From positions 1 through 58,366 of the IMG/VR virus record IMGVR_UViG_3300045965_000268: a stretch of DNA of 58,366 nt; one strand, written 5' to 3'. The stretch comes from a virus. Taxonomy: Duplodnaviria; Caudoviricetes. The notes beneath the pieces are model-generated. The model was not told where the DNA came from. It saw nothing but the letters and a program-made list of their open reading frames with translations, and searched no databases. Both the position numbers and the translations under genes were made by a program. This document shows positions 1-8,413 of the stretch, one piece after another; position 1 is the first letter of the stretch; each line of letters starts with the position of its first letter.

Positions 1-127
1 GTGACCCCGGCGGGATTCGAACCCGCGATCTCGACCTTGAAAGGGTCGCGGCGACACTTATGATCTCGCGTGCTTGCGCGGCGTGGTTGCCACGCGGGTT
101 GCCGTTTCGACCCTGTGAGCGGCCACG
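1..127. repeat. 127-bp terminal direct repeat (identical to 58240-58366); circular assembly overlap
   Basis: Bases 1-127 recur exactly at 58240-58366. 127 is a common maximal assembler k-mer. Confidence 0.95.
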
Positions 128-1122
128 GATTCGGCCGCAGCCCGCAGCGTCTGGTCCGTGACGGCGGCGTACCGGCGCATCATCCGCTCCGTCTTCCAGC
201 CGCCCAGGGCCTGGACGATGGGCGCGCTGTAGCCGGCGTTCAGCGCCGTCGTGGCGCCATGGTGGCGGAGGTCGTGGAAGTGGAAGTCAACGAGCCCGAT
301 GCCGCGCGACGCTTTGCGGAACTCGCGGGCCACATGCTCGCGGCTGTAGGGTTGGCCGGCCGGGGACGCGAACACCCACGTGCTGCCGGGGCGCGCCTCG
401 AGTTGATCGGTGAGGATGCCCCGGGCCTCCGCGCTCAGTACCACGCTGCGCGGTTTGCCCTTCACCCGCGGTAGCAGCACGATGCCGGCGGACAGGTGGA
501 CCTGGTCGCGGCGGAGCTTGCGGATCTCGGTGAGCCGCATCAGCGTGAGCGCGGCGAAGTCGGCCATGGACCTGAACGGCTCCCGAGTCGCCTTCAGCAC
601 CTCGCGCTCCTGGGCCGGTTCGAGCCAGCGCACCCGCGTCTCGTCCTCATCGAAGAACGCCTTCGGGAAGCGGTACTCTGGCCGGACGAGCCGCAGCGCG
701 GCCCTGAGGATGCGAAGCTGGCGGTTCACCGTGGACGGCTTCGCGCGGACGCTGCGCGCCTTCCTGAACGCGAACACGTCGGCGTCGGTGAGGCGCGAGA
801 CCGGGATACCAAGCAGCGCCGGCATGAGGCGCCGGATCGTGGCGATCAGGTACCCGGTCTGCTTCGTCGTCGCCCGCTCCTTGCCGCGGTCCTCCATGTC
901 CTCGCCGTACAGCACGATCGTGTCCTCGACCGTGATGACCTCGGGCTCCTCTGCCGAGGCGTGCGCACCGTGGCCCGCCTTCAGCGCGGCGAATAGGTTG
1001 CCCTCCGCCGTCTTCGCCGCTTCGCGCGTGGTCCTGATCGCGGAGCGTCGCTGCCCTCCGTGCTGGACGCGCGCCTGGTACACCTGGGCCCCGGACCTCA
1101 ACGTGATCTTGCGCACCGACAT
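58..1122 (-). CDS. int: Tyrosine integrase
   Basis: Catalytic motifs TLMRLTEI (R), HFHDLRH (H-x-x-R) and LGGW...MMRRY (W/Y); lies next to the tRNA-like att core. Confidence 0.95.
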   Translation of the reverse strand: MSVRKITLRSGAQVYQARVQHGGQRRSAIRTTREAAKTAEGNLFAALKAGHGAHASAEEPEVITVEDTIVLYGEDMEDRGKERATTKQTGYLIATIRRLMPALLGIPVSRLTDADVFAFRKARSVRAKPSTVNRQLRILRAALRLVRPEYRFPKAFFDEDETRVRWLEPAQEREVLKATREPFRSMADFAALTLMRLTEIRKLRRDQVHLSAGIVLLPRVKGKPRSVVLSAEARGILTDQLEARPGSTWVFASPAGQPYSREHVAREFRKASRGIGLVDFHFHDLRHHGATTALNAGYSAPIVQALGGWKTERMMRRYAAVTDQTLRAAAESVAAHRVETATRVATTPRKHARS

Positions 1123-1127
1123 GAGCC

Positions 1128-1466
1128 CTACCTCCTCCTCGTGATCGGATGGGGGCTCATCATGAGGGTGTCAGGGGCCCAGCGAGCAGCCTTTCCGATC
1201 ACGTTCCGCGGCCGGATCTGACCCCGGGCCCGCATGCGCTCCACGGTGCGCGTCGACAGCCCGCTCGCGTTCGCCAGCTCCGCCGTCGTCAAAAGCCGTT
1301 CCGGGTTCTCCGTGATCCGGCCCGCGTGGGGGAGGAGCGCGGCGAGGGTGCGCGCCGTCTCGTGATAGTCGGCCCAGCGGTCCTCGCCGTCGTGAATTGC
1401 TGTCGCCAGCTCATCGAGCCGGTGTTGCAGGAGGGCGACGTGGGCGGTGAGGGCCTGGCGCTTCAT
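1128..1466 (-). CDS. Excisionase-like winged-HTH protein
   Basis: C-terminal LLTTAELANASGLSTRTVERMRARGQI is MerR/HTH_17-like. Directly upstream of int; ATG 1466 overlaps the upstream stop. Confidence 0.7.
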   Translation of the reverse strand: MKRQALTAHVALLQHRLDELATAIHDGEDRWADYHETARTLAALLPHAGRITENPERLLTTAELANASGLSTRTVERMRARGQIRPRNVIGKAARWAPDTLMMSPHPITRRR

Positions 1467-2488
1467 CAGGCGGGGAACTCCCGCACCCGCAGATCCTCCG
1501 GCCACTCGGCCATGTCGGCGCCCTTGCGGTCGCGAAGTTGGATCTCGCGCACGCGCGCTTCTGGACGGTGTCCGTCACCGAGGTTGTAGATCGGCCGCGC
1601 CCCGAGCTGCTTGCAGAACACAGGAACCGACGCCGCCCGGCACTGCTGCACCGTGCTCCGCGCCCAGGCGAGATCGAACGGCCGCGCGCCGGGCCCGGAC
1701 TCGCCGCCCACCACGATCCAGCCAATACCATCGCGTCCCCACATAGCCGCCTGGTCCTCGATGGCGAGATCGGCCGGAATGCGTCCACCGAGCCAGCGCC
1801 GGAAGTCCACCAGCCCCAGCGCAGGCTCGTAGCTCACCCACCGCACCGCGGCCGGCGTCTGGAGCAGCAGCGGGATGCGCTCGTCGGCCGTCGCCTGGTC
1901 CTCGGCGGAGACGCCGAGCCACACGTTCTTCAGCGGCCAGTCGACGTGTTGCGAGGGCCACTCGATCAGCGACCACTGCTCTTCGTTGAACCGATCCCCC
2001 GCCCACGACTCGGCGTGCTCGACCTGCCCCCAGACGCCCCACTTCGCGCGGCCGCCCGGCAGGTCACCAGGATCTCCGTTCGACGCGGTGAAGTACCGGT
2101 GCATCTGCTCCGGCCGCTTCGTCAGGATCTGGTATGTGTGCCAGGGCGTGAGTGCCATCACCGCGAAGATCCGGTCGATCGCCTCGTCGGTGACCTTCTC
2201 GTGGAACAGGTCGCTCATGCTGTTCACGAAGATCCGCCGCGGCCTCGTCCACCTCAGCGGCAGCGTGAGCGCTGCCTCAACGACGCGCACCTCGCCGGTC
2301 CAGCGGATCTCGTCGCCGACCTTCTTCGTCAGCCCGATGTACCGCTCGATGCCCATCGCGGCTGCGCGGTATGCCTGGCGCTCGGCATAGCACCGCATGC
2401 AGCCGGCCGACACGCGGGAGCAGCCCACGAGGGGATTCCACGTTTCGTCACACCAAGCGATGCCGCCGTCACGCTGCGACGCCGCCAC
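1466..2488 (-). CDS. Phage Gp37/Gp68 (DUF5131) family protein
   Basis: IAWCDETWNPLVGCSRVSAGCMRCYA, IFVNSMSDLFHE, QILTKRP and WIVVGGESGPGARP motifs. GTG start at 2488 follows AGGAGG. Confidence 0.92.
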   Translation of the reverse strand: MAASQRDGGIAWCDETWNPLVGCSRVSAGCMRCYAERQAYRAAAMGIERYIGLTKKVGDEIRWTGEVRVVEAALTLPLRWTRPRRIFVNSMSDLFHEKVTDEAIDRIFAVMALTPWHTYQILTKRPEQMHRYFTASNGDPGDLPGGRAKWGVWGQVEHAESWAGDRFNEEQWSLIEWPSQHVDWPLKNVWLGVSAEDQATADERIPLLLQTPAAVRWVSYEPALGLVDFRRWLGGRIPADLAIEDQAAMWGRDGIGWIVVGGESGPGARPFDLAWARSTVQQCRAASVPVFCKQLGARPIYNLGDGHRPEARVREIQLRDRKGADMAEWPEDLRVREFPA

Positions 2489-2894
2489 GGCGGGCCTCCT
2501 CCCGATTCCGGTGACACTTCGCGCAGACCGGCTCGACGTAAAGCTGGTTCTCGCCGTCGTAGCCGCGCGCGTGGTCGTACTCGTGGCGATAACGCCTTGA
2601 GAACACCTCGTCAGCGCAGTCAAAGCACGGCAGATCTTCCGCGCGGGGGATAATCCCCTGTTCTACGAGATAGTTCACTCGCCGCCGCGCCTGCAGCTTG
2701 TCGCCGTCTCTCGTGGCCGCTAGCCAGCCCCGACGGCCCGGACGGCCTCTCTTGATGTAGGCCGTGCGCTGACGGGCGTTCTTACACGGCTTGCAGAGCC
2801 GTCGCCCAAGCTCGACCGTATTGACGTTGTTGAGAACCGCGCCACACGGTCTGCACGTGGCGTCGGTCCAGGCGATCGACGACTGGTCGCCCAC
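2469..2894 (-). CDS. HNH-type zinc-binding endonuclease, putative homing endonuclease
   Basis: CFDC...HEYDH..GY....VEPVCAKCH pattern plus N-terminal CxxC pairs. Confidence 0.7.
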   Translation of the reverse strand: MGDQSSIAWTDATCRPCGAVLNNVNTVELGRRLCKPCKNARQRTAYIKRGRPGRRGWLAATRDGDKLQARRRVNYLVEQGIIPRAEDLPCFDCADEVFSRRYRHEYDHARGYDGENQLYVEPVCAKCHRNREEARRGGVAA

Positions 2895-2897
2895 GTC

Positions 2898-4373
2898 CTA
2901 CGCCGCCTTTGCCTTCCGCTTCTTGACGCTCTTCCCCTTCGCGCCGGACCCCGTCTCCGACTCCTTCTCCGCCTCGACCGGCGCGGCCTGGCCGAGGATC
3001 TTCGCGACGTCGACGCCGAACGCCTTGGCGCGCTTGGGGAACTCGGCCGCGGCATTCCAGCCGCCGACCTGGTTGCACAGCACGATGAACGCCGCGTGCC
3101 GGACCAGGTCGTCGGCGCTCTTGCCGCGGGGGACCAGCTCGACAGCCGCCTTCGGGACGCCGCCGTGCCTGCACACGGCGTCGACGATGGTCTGCGCGAG
3201 CAGCCCGGACGCCTTCGTCGAGGCCTTCTTCACCGCGGCCGCCACCGCCTCGAGGATCGCCGGCGTCGCCTTCGTCCACCGCTCGCGCGCCGCCTCAGCC
3301 TTCGCCTGTTCGGCCCGGCGCTTCTCCTCTTCGCGCTTCCAGCGGTCCGCCTTGTTCGAGCGGCCCGACGTCGACGTCGTCCGCTTCGCCTTCTCCCGTT
3401 GCTCCGTGGCCCAGTGGGTCTCGCACTTCTCTCGCGCGATGCAGACCTTGAAGGCCTCACCGCGGCCGGGCCCGACGACGATCACGCCGGTGATCGAGTG
3501 CTCGCACGTCTTCGACTTCTGCTGCCCGTCCGCGCGCTTCCACGAGCGCTCCGAGTAGATCCGCTCCTTCTCGTCCCGCGCGTCGGGGTGGACCACGTAC
3601 TCGTGCGTGATTGAGATGACCTTCTCGGCCTGCTCCTTGGCGGCAGTGACCGTCGCGACCGTGGTCGGGAACAGAACCGGATCCGCGGCCGCGGCAATGA
3701 ACCGCACGTGCTTGTCGATCCACGCCTGCAGCTCCCGCACGCTCCGCGCCTTGACCGCGCCGCGCTTCCCGGGCTCCTGGTGCTGCCACAGGAGGTCCTC
3801 GTGCTCGAACAGCCCGCCCCCGTCCTCCTCGATCGCGCGCTCCTGATCCTTCGCCGTTAGCTGCGCGAGCAGGATCGCGTGGGTCGTAGTGATCATCCCC
3901 TCGCGCAGCAGATCCTTCACCGGGCCGATGAGCTTCAGGAGTCGCAGGCGATCGTGCACGTACTTCTCCGACATGCCGATGCGTTCCGCGATCCGTTCCA
4001 CCGTGTACTGGGCCCGGGTCATTAGCAGCCGGTACCCGTCCGCCTCCTCCAGCGCGGTCAGGTCCTGGCGCTGGTCGTTCTCGACCAGGCCGAGCTCGAT
4101 GAACTCGGCGTCGGTCATCTGACGGACGAGTGCCGGCACGTCAGCGAGCCCCGCGGCCTTCGCGGCACGGCACCGTCGTTGTCCGGCCGCGATCTCGTAC
4201 CCCTTCGCGTTCGGCCGGACGATCAGCGGCACGAGGATGCCGTTGGTCTTGATGCTCGCCGTCAGCTCGGCCAACGCGTCGGCGGGGAACGACTTGCGTG
4301 GGTTCAGCGGCGACTCATGCAGGTCAGCGAGTCGCAGTGTCGACAGCCCGGTCTCGGTGGTCGTCATGGTCAT
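2898..4373 (-). CDS. ParB/RepB/Spo0J family protein
   Basis: NPRKSF...LAELTASIKTNGILVPLIVR, IAAGQRRCRAA and LVENDQRQDLTALEEA, followed by an HTH. Confidence 0.92.
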   Translation of the reverse strand: MTMTTTETGLSTLRLADLHESPLNPRKSFPADALAELTASIKTNGILVPLIVRPNAKGYEIAAGQRRCRAAKAAGLADVPALVRQMTDAEFIELGLVENDQRQDLTALEEADGYRLLMTRAQYTVERIAERIGMSEKYVHDRLRLLKLIGPVKDLLREGMITTTHAILLAQLTAKDQERAIEEDGGGLFEHEDLLWQHQEPGKRGAVKARSVRELQAWIDKHVRFIAAAADPVLFPTTVATVTAAKEQAEKVISITHEYVVHPDARDEKERIYSERSWKRADGQQKSKTCEHSITGVIVVGPGRGEAFKVCIAREKCETHWATEQREKAKRTTSTSGRSNKADRWKREEEKRRAEQAKAEAARERWTKATPAILEAVAAAVKKASTKASGLLAQTIVDAVCRHGGVPKAAVELVPRGKSADDLVRHAAFIVLCNQVGGWNAAAEFPKRAKAFGVDVAKILGQAAPVEAEKESETGSGAKGKSVKKRKAKAA

Positions 4374-4834
4374 GCCTTCGTCACCTCCTCGAGGATCGTC
4401 GCGGCCTTCTCCAGATGGTCCGCCGCGTCCAGCTTGGCCTGGGCCTCAGCACGCAGCGTGGCGATCGCGGCGCGGAGATTCGTGGCGCCGTCCGGCGAGG
4501 CGCCCGACGGCTCCGCCGTCCGGCGAGCGGGCGCGGTGGACTTCTCCGTCTTGTTGGCCTTCTCATGGCGCCCGCAGCTGCTGGCGTTGTGGCCCGTCTT
4601 TCCACAGCGGGTGCAGGGCATGGACGGTTCCTCCTTGGACGCGTCGGGCGGTATGGGTGCAGGTGTCGGCGGCGTCTCTTCGGCAGGCTCGATCGCCGCC
4701 ATGTAGAGCTCGCGCGCGGTGCTCAACGCTTCGTCGGCGGGCCAGGCGTGGTCTTGTTGCAGGTGCGCACCGAGGACGCCGGCGTTCGGCGCCGTGAGGC
4801 CACAGCCGTCCACGGGGCATGTGATCGTCGTCAT
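4370..4834 (-). CDS. Hypothetical protein with C2H2-like finger and CCHC zinc knuckle
   Basis: CPVDGC...HLQQDH and CTRCGKTGHNASSC; start and stop overlap the neighbouring genes. Confidence 0.6.
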   Translation of the reverse strand: MTTITCPVDGCGLTAPNAGVLGAHLQQDHAWPADEALSTARELYMAAIEPAEETPPTPAPIPPDASKEEPSMPCTRCGKTGHNASSCGRHEKANKTEKSTAPARRTAEPSGASPDGATNLRAAIATLRAEAQAKLDAADHLEKAATILEEVTKA

Positions 4835-5565
4835 GGGATCACCATCTCGGAGTACCCATTGGTTTCGCATCGACGGAAGTCGATGCCCTTTGCACCCTCT
4901 CGATAGGCGAGCACTGGAATGGCGCCGACCGACTGGGCGAGGTCGACGAGCGGGATCTTTTCTGAGGCGTTCAGGGTCCGCGCTCCAGACTTGCACTGCA
5001 CCATCAACACTTGACCAACCTTGAGACACACCAGATCAACAGGAGACTTTGACTGTGGCGAGCGGAGCACCCACCATCCTCTAGCGCGGAGATAGTTGCG
5101 CACGGTGTACTCGAAGTTGCGACCCCGCCTGTACCAGAGGTCTCGGCGAGCACTCTTTTGCTCGACGGCCATCTCGTATTCATCCGGGAAGTGACGCCGA
5201 AATGCGAGCGCGAGCCCATCACCGTGGAAGCCAACACGACGACCGAACTTGCGCATGGAGACCTTCGTCCGACGAAATTGCTCGAAGAGCTTCCTCGCCG
5301 TCGGTTCGTCGAGGTCAAGACACTTTCCCTTGCCGCGCCGACGTAGGCCCTCCGCTCGAACAGAGGCGAGCTGGCGCTCGGATCGAGGGCGACGTCGATC
5401 TGTAAGTCCGAGAGCGAACATTCTGAGGCTCACGGCCAACCGTGTCCGTCTAAGCTGCTCAGCGGCCCGAGAGGTACATCCGCTCGGCGCACCAGGCGCA
5501 CAGAGTTCGCGCAAGATTTGATCTTCTCCTGGTGTCCATGTGCGCACGATCCGTTTCGCGGTCAT
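4831..5565 (-). CDS. PD-(D/E)xK nuclease, Hjc/Holliday-junction-resolvase-like C-terminal domain
   Basis: GRNFEYTVRNYLRARGWWVLRSPQSKSPVDLVCLKVGQVLMVQCKS; N-terminal WTPGEDQILRE Myb-like helix. Confidence 0.7.
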   Translation of the reverse strand: MTAKRIVRTWTPGEDQILRELCAPGAPSGCTSRAAEQLRRTRLAVSLRMFALGLTDRRRPRSERQLASVRAEGLRRRGKGKCLDLDEPTARKLFEQFRRTKVSMRKFGRRVGFHGDGLALAFRRHFPDEYEMAVEQKSARRDLWYRRGRNFEYTVRNYLRARGWWVLRSPQSKSPVDLVCLKVGQVLMVQCKSGARTLNASEKIPLVDLAQSVGAIPVLAYREGAKGIDFRRCETNGYSEMVIP

Positions 5566-5728
5566 GGACGAGCCGCCAACCAAGACAGCCTCGCTGCGAT
5601 TACTAGAGCCGAGCGACGCGAATGATCCGTTCGTCGCATCACGGAATAGATGGCAAAGATCAGACACGGCATGCGTAGGAGGCGGGCCCAGAAAGGGCGC
5701 TTCCAGACAAGCCGCGTACTCATGTTCC

Positions 5729-6016
5729 TCACACCCTCCCTGCCGTCACGACCCGCCGGCCACCCATCGCCGGCGCCGCGACCGCCTTCGCCGGGCCCGG
5801 GGGCGTCTCGATCGCCGCGAGGAGCCGCTGCGCGGTGGCGTCCTGCAGCTCCAGGGGCAGCGAGGCGACGTAGCCGTCGAGGGTCCGCGACATGCGCCGC
5901 AGCAGGGCCCGGTCGACCGGCTTCCCTGCCCGTCCGTCGTGCTCGAGCCGGCGTGCCGCGGTGAGCAGCGTCTCGATCGGGACGGGTGTGGTGCCCTTCG
6001 GCCAGGTGTCAGTCAC
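5729..6016 (-). CDS. Hypothetical protein
   Basis: Fits the minus-strand operon; probable GTG start overlaps the upstream gene end. Confidence 0.45.
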   Translation of the reverse strand: MTDTWPKGTTPVPIETLLTAARRLEHDGRAGKPVDRALLRRMSRTLDGYVASLPLELQDATAQRLLAAIETPPGPAKAVAAPAMGGRRVVTAGRV

Positions 6017-6263
6017 GGCCAGCCTCGACTGGTCGGGCCACCGAGATCGCGACCTGGAGCCGGATCTCACGTCCGAGCTGCCGTGCGAGAGTCCGGATGG
6101 ATTCGATCGTCTCGCCGCGCCGGCCGAACAGCGAGCCGACGCTGTCGTTACTCGACGGGATGATTTCGAGGACCAGGGCGGAACGTACGAGGACTTCATT
6201 GACTGTGGCGCCCTCGTCCAGCATCCGCGAGGTGGTCTGGACCCACTCGCTGATTGGGTGCAT
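6009..6263 (-). CDS. Hypothetical protein
   Basis: GGAGGA RBS before the ATG; co-oriented with neighbours. Confidence 0.55.
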   Translation of the reverse strand: MHPISEWVQTTSRMLDEGATVNEVLVRSALVLEIIPSSNDSVGSLFGRRGETIESIRTLARQLGREIRLQVAISVARPVEAGRD

Positions 6264-6274
6264 CGGTCCTCCTC

Positions 6275-8413
6275 TCAGGACAGGGTGACGGTGCCAGCGC
6301 GAACCTCGAGCTGCGCGTCTGCCAGCTCGATGGCCTGCGCCTGGTGGCTGACGTACAGCACGTGACGGAACCCGCCGAGCTGGGCGGAGCGGCGGAGCAT
6401 GCGGACGTACGCCGGGGCCCTGGCGACGTCCAGTGGCGCGGAAACCTCATCGCGGAGCAGGGTGCGGATCTGGCGTCCGGACCGGCTCGCGGTGTAGAGC
6501 GCCAGGGCCAGGGACAGCGCCTCGCTGACAAGCACCGACTCCCCGCCGCTGAGAAGGGCGGCATCAATCGGCTCCCCGCCCCGGCGCACGATGACGTCGA
6601 GCGTTTCGAGCTGGCGGTCCCCGTCGGCCGAGGCTCGCTGCGTTGTGAGCGAGATGGTGAAGACCTGTTCTCCGAAGCATGTCGTGAGGAGGTCCGTGGC
6701 GAGCCGTCCCAGCTCCGGCAGCGCCTGGTCGATGAGGAGTGCGGGGATCCCCGAGGGCCCGAACGCACGGCCCAGCAGGGCCCAATCGGCGACGTCGTCG
6801 GTGTGCACCGCCTCCCGGGCCCGGAGGTCGACGAGCAATCGGTCCGCTTCGTCGACCTTGTCGAGCTGGGCCCGTAGCCCGCCAAGAGTCTCCGCGAAGC
6901 TTTCGATCGAGAAGGCGTACCTGTTCAGCAACCCCTCTTCGATCTCGACGCCCTTCGTCGCGAAGGCTACGTTCTCGTCGAGTTGTGCAAGATCGGCGAG
7001 CCGTTCTTTCAATTCACCGCGCCGAGCGGTCTTCGTGGCGAGGTCGGCGTCGATCCGCTTCCGCTCCTCGGCACTGGCATCGATGCGTGCGTGGGCGGCG
7101 CTGAGGGCCGGCTGCTGCTCCGCCGCGGAGCGGTAGCGCGCCGCTTCCTGTTGCAGCATGGTCCGGCGGGCTACCAGGGGCTTCACCATGTCCGTCGTCG
7201 GCGAGGGGACCGGTGGCAGCGCGTCGAGCGCTTCGATGGCGAGGCGGGACGCTTCCTTCGCCGCCGGAAGCTTCGGCGTCGCCGCCTGGGCGTCCTTCAG
7301 GTACTGACAGGTCGCGTAGTTACCCTCGCCGCGGCACGGCACGGTCCCCAGCACCGAGACCTGCCGGCGGAGCTGCTCGTACTCCTTCGTCGTCTCGCGC
7401 GCCTTCGCGCCGGCGTGGCTCGCGGCGATCTCCGCCTGGGCGCGCAGCTTCGACTGTTCCGTGAACGCCGCTGTCGCCTTATCGATCTCCGCCGTGAGGT
7501 TCTCGACCTCACCCCGGATCACCGCGGTGCGCTCCACGGCGGCCCGGATCTCTCTCCCCATCGCCACGAGCTTCACGTCCGAGGCGCGTTCCTTCTCGAT
7601 GGCTCCGATCCTGCTGACAAATCCGGCCATCTCTACGTCGAGACGGCCCAGCTCGTCAGAAAGAGGCGCGACCGCGGCCCGCGCCTCCCGGGCCTTGATC
7701 AGATCTGTCCGAGCGATCTCCAGCGCTGCCCTGGCCCCGTTGGCGAGGTCGCGGGCCCGCTGGCTCTCCTGCTCCGCCGTGGCTCGCTGCTGCTCGATCA
7801 ACGGCCGGCGCGCTGCGATCGCGGCGAGGTCCGTGATGCGCTGACGCGTCGTGGCGAGGAGCACCTCGGCGCCGGCTCCGTGCGCCTTCGCCGTGGCCTG
7901 GTACTGCGTGAATCGCTGCAGGCCGAGCAACTCGCCGAGCAGGGCCTTGCGCTCGGGCCGCGGCAGCCGGAGGAAGGCGCCCACGCCCGTCTGGACGGAG
8001 TACATCGCCGCGAGCAGGAGCTCGGTCGGCCCGACGATGGCGTGGACCGACCGGCGGTAGTCTCGAATCAACGGACCCGCGATCATGGTGACGTCGTCCC
8101 CGTTGATCGCGTAGAGCGTCCCTTCCGTCCGCCCCGAGTGCGGATCGATGAGGAGCGCGCTGCGATAACACTGGCCGTCGGTCGACCATGTCAGGTCGAT
8201 GCGGCCCTTCGCGACGAAGTTGTGTGTGAGGGCGCCGGGCCGATACGGCATCTCGCCGCAGAACACCGCGACGATGCAGTCCATGATCATCGTCTTCCCG
8301 GCCCCGTTCACCCCGGAGACCGAGATCAACGACGGCGCGGCGTCGAAGTCGATGACGATCGGCGTGTGCGGAAAGGGATAGCTGCCGACGTGCTCGAATA
8401 GATGGAGGATCAT
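6275..8413 (-). CDS. sbcC: SbcC/Rad50-like SMC ATPase
   Basis: Walker A GVNGAGKT, long coiled coil, central Cys pair, LSGGE signature, Walker B LLRDE, YVSH H-loop. ATG 8413 overlaps the sbcD stop. Confidence 0.9.
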   Translation of the reverse strand: MILHLFEHVGSYPFPHTPIVIDFDAAPSLISVSGVNGAGKTMIMDCIVAVFCGEMPYRPGALTHNFVAKGRIDLTWSTDGQCYRSALLIDPHSGRTEGTLYAINGDDVTMIAGPLIRDYRRSVHAIVGPTELLLAAMYSVQTGVGAFLRLPRPERKALLGELLGLQRFTQYQATAKAHGAGAEVLLATTRQRITDLAAIAARRPLIEQQRATAEQESQRARDLANGARAALEIARTDLIKAREARAAVAPLSDELGRLDVEMAGFVSRIGAIEKERASDVKLVAMGREIRAAVERTAVIRGEVENLTAEIDKATAAFTEQSKLRAQAEIAASHAGAKARETTKEYEQLRRQVSVLGTVPCRGEGNYATCQYLKDAQAATPKLPAAKEASRLAIEALDALPPVPSPTTDMVKPLVARRTMLQQEAARYRSAAEQQPALSAAHARIDASAEERKRIDADLATKTARRGELKERLADLAQLDENVAFATKGVEIEEGLLNRYAFSIESFAETLGGLRAQLDKVDEADRLLVDLRAREAVHTDDVADWALLGRAFGPSGIPALLIDQALPELGRLATDLLTTCFGEQVFTISLTTQRASADGDRQLETLDVIVRRGGEPIDAALLSGGESVLVSEALSLALALYTASRSGRQIRTLLRDEVSAPLDVARAPAYVRMLRRSAQLGGFRHVLYVSHQAQAIELADAQLEVRAGTVTLS

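Noticed and set aside
1-75. Complete tRNA-Glu gene
   Set aside because: Only the anticodon arm to CCA is present. The D arm and 5' acceptor strand are replaced by the end of int.
2469-2894. Group I intron or intein in the Gp37/Gp68 gene
   Set aside because: No intron core or intein motifs were recognised, and the downstream gene has its own RBS, start and complete N-terminal motif.
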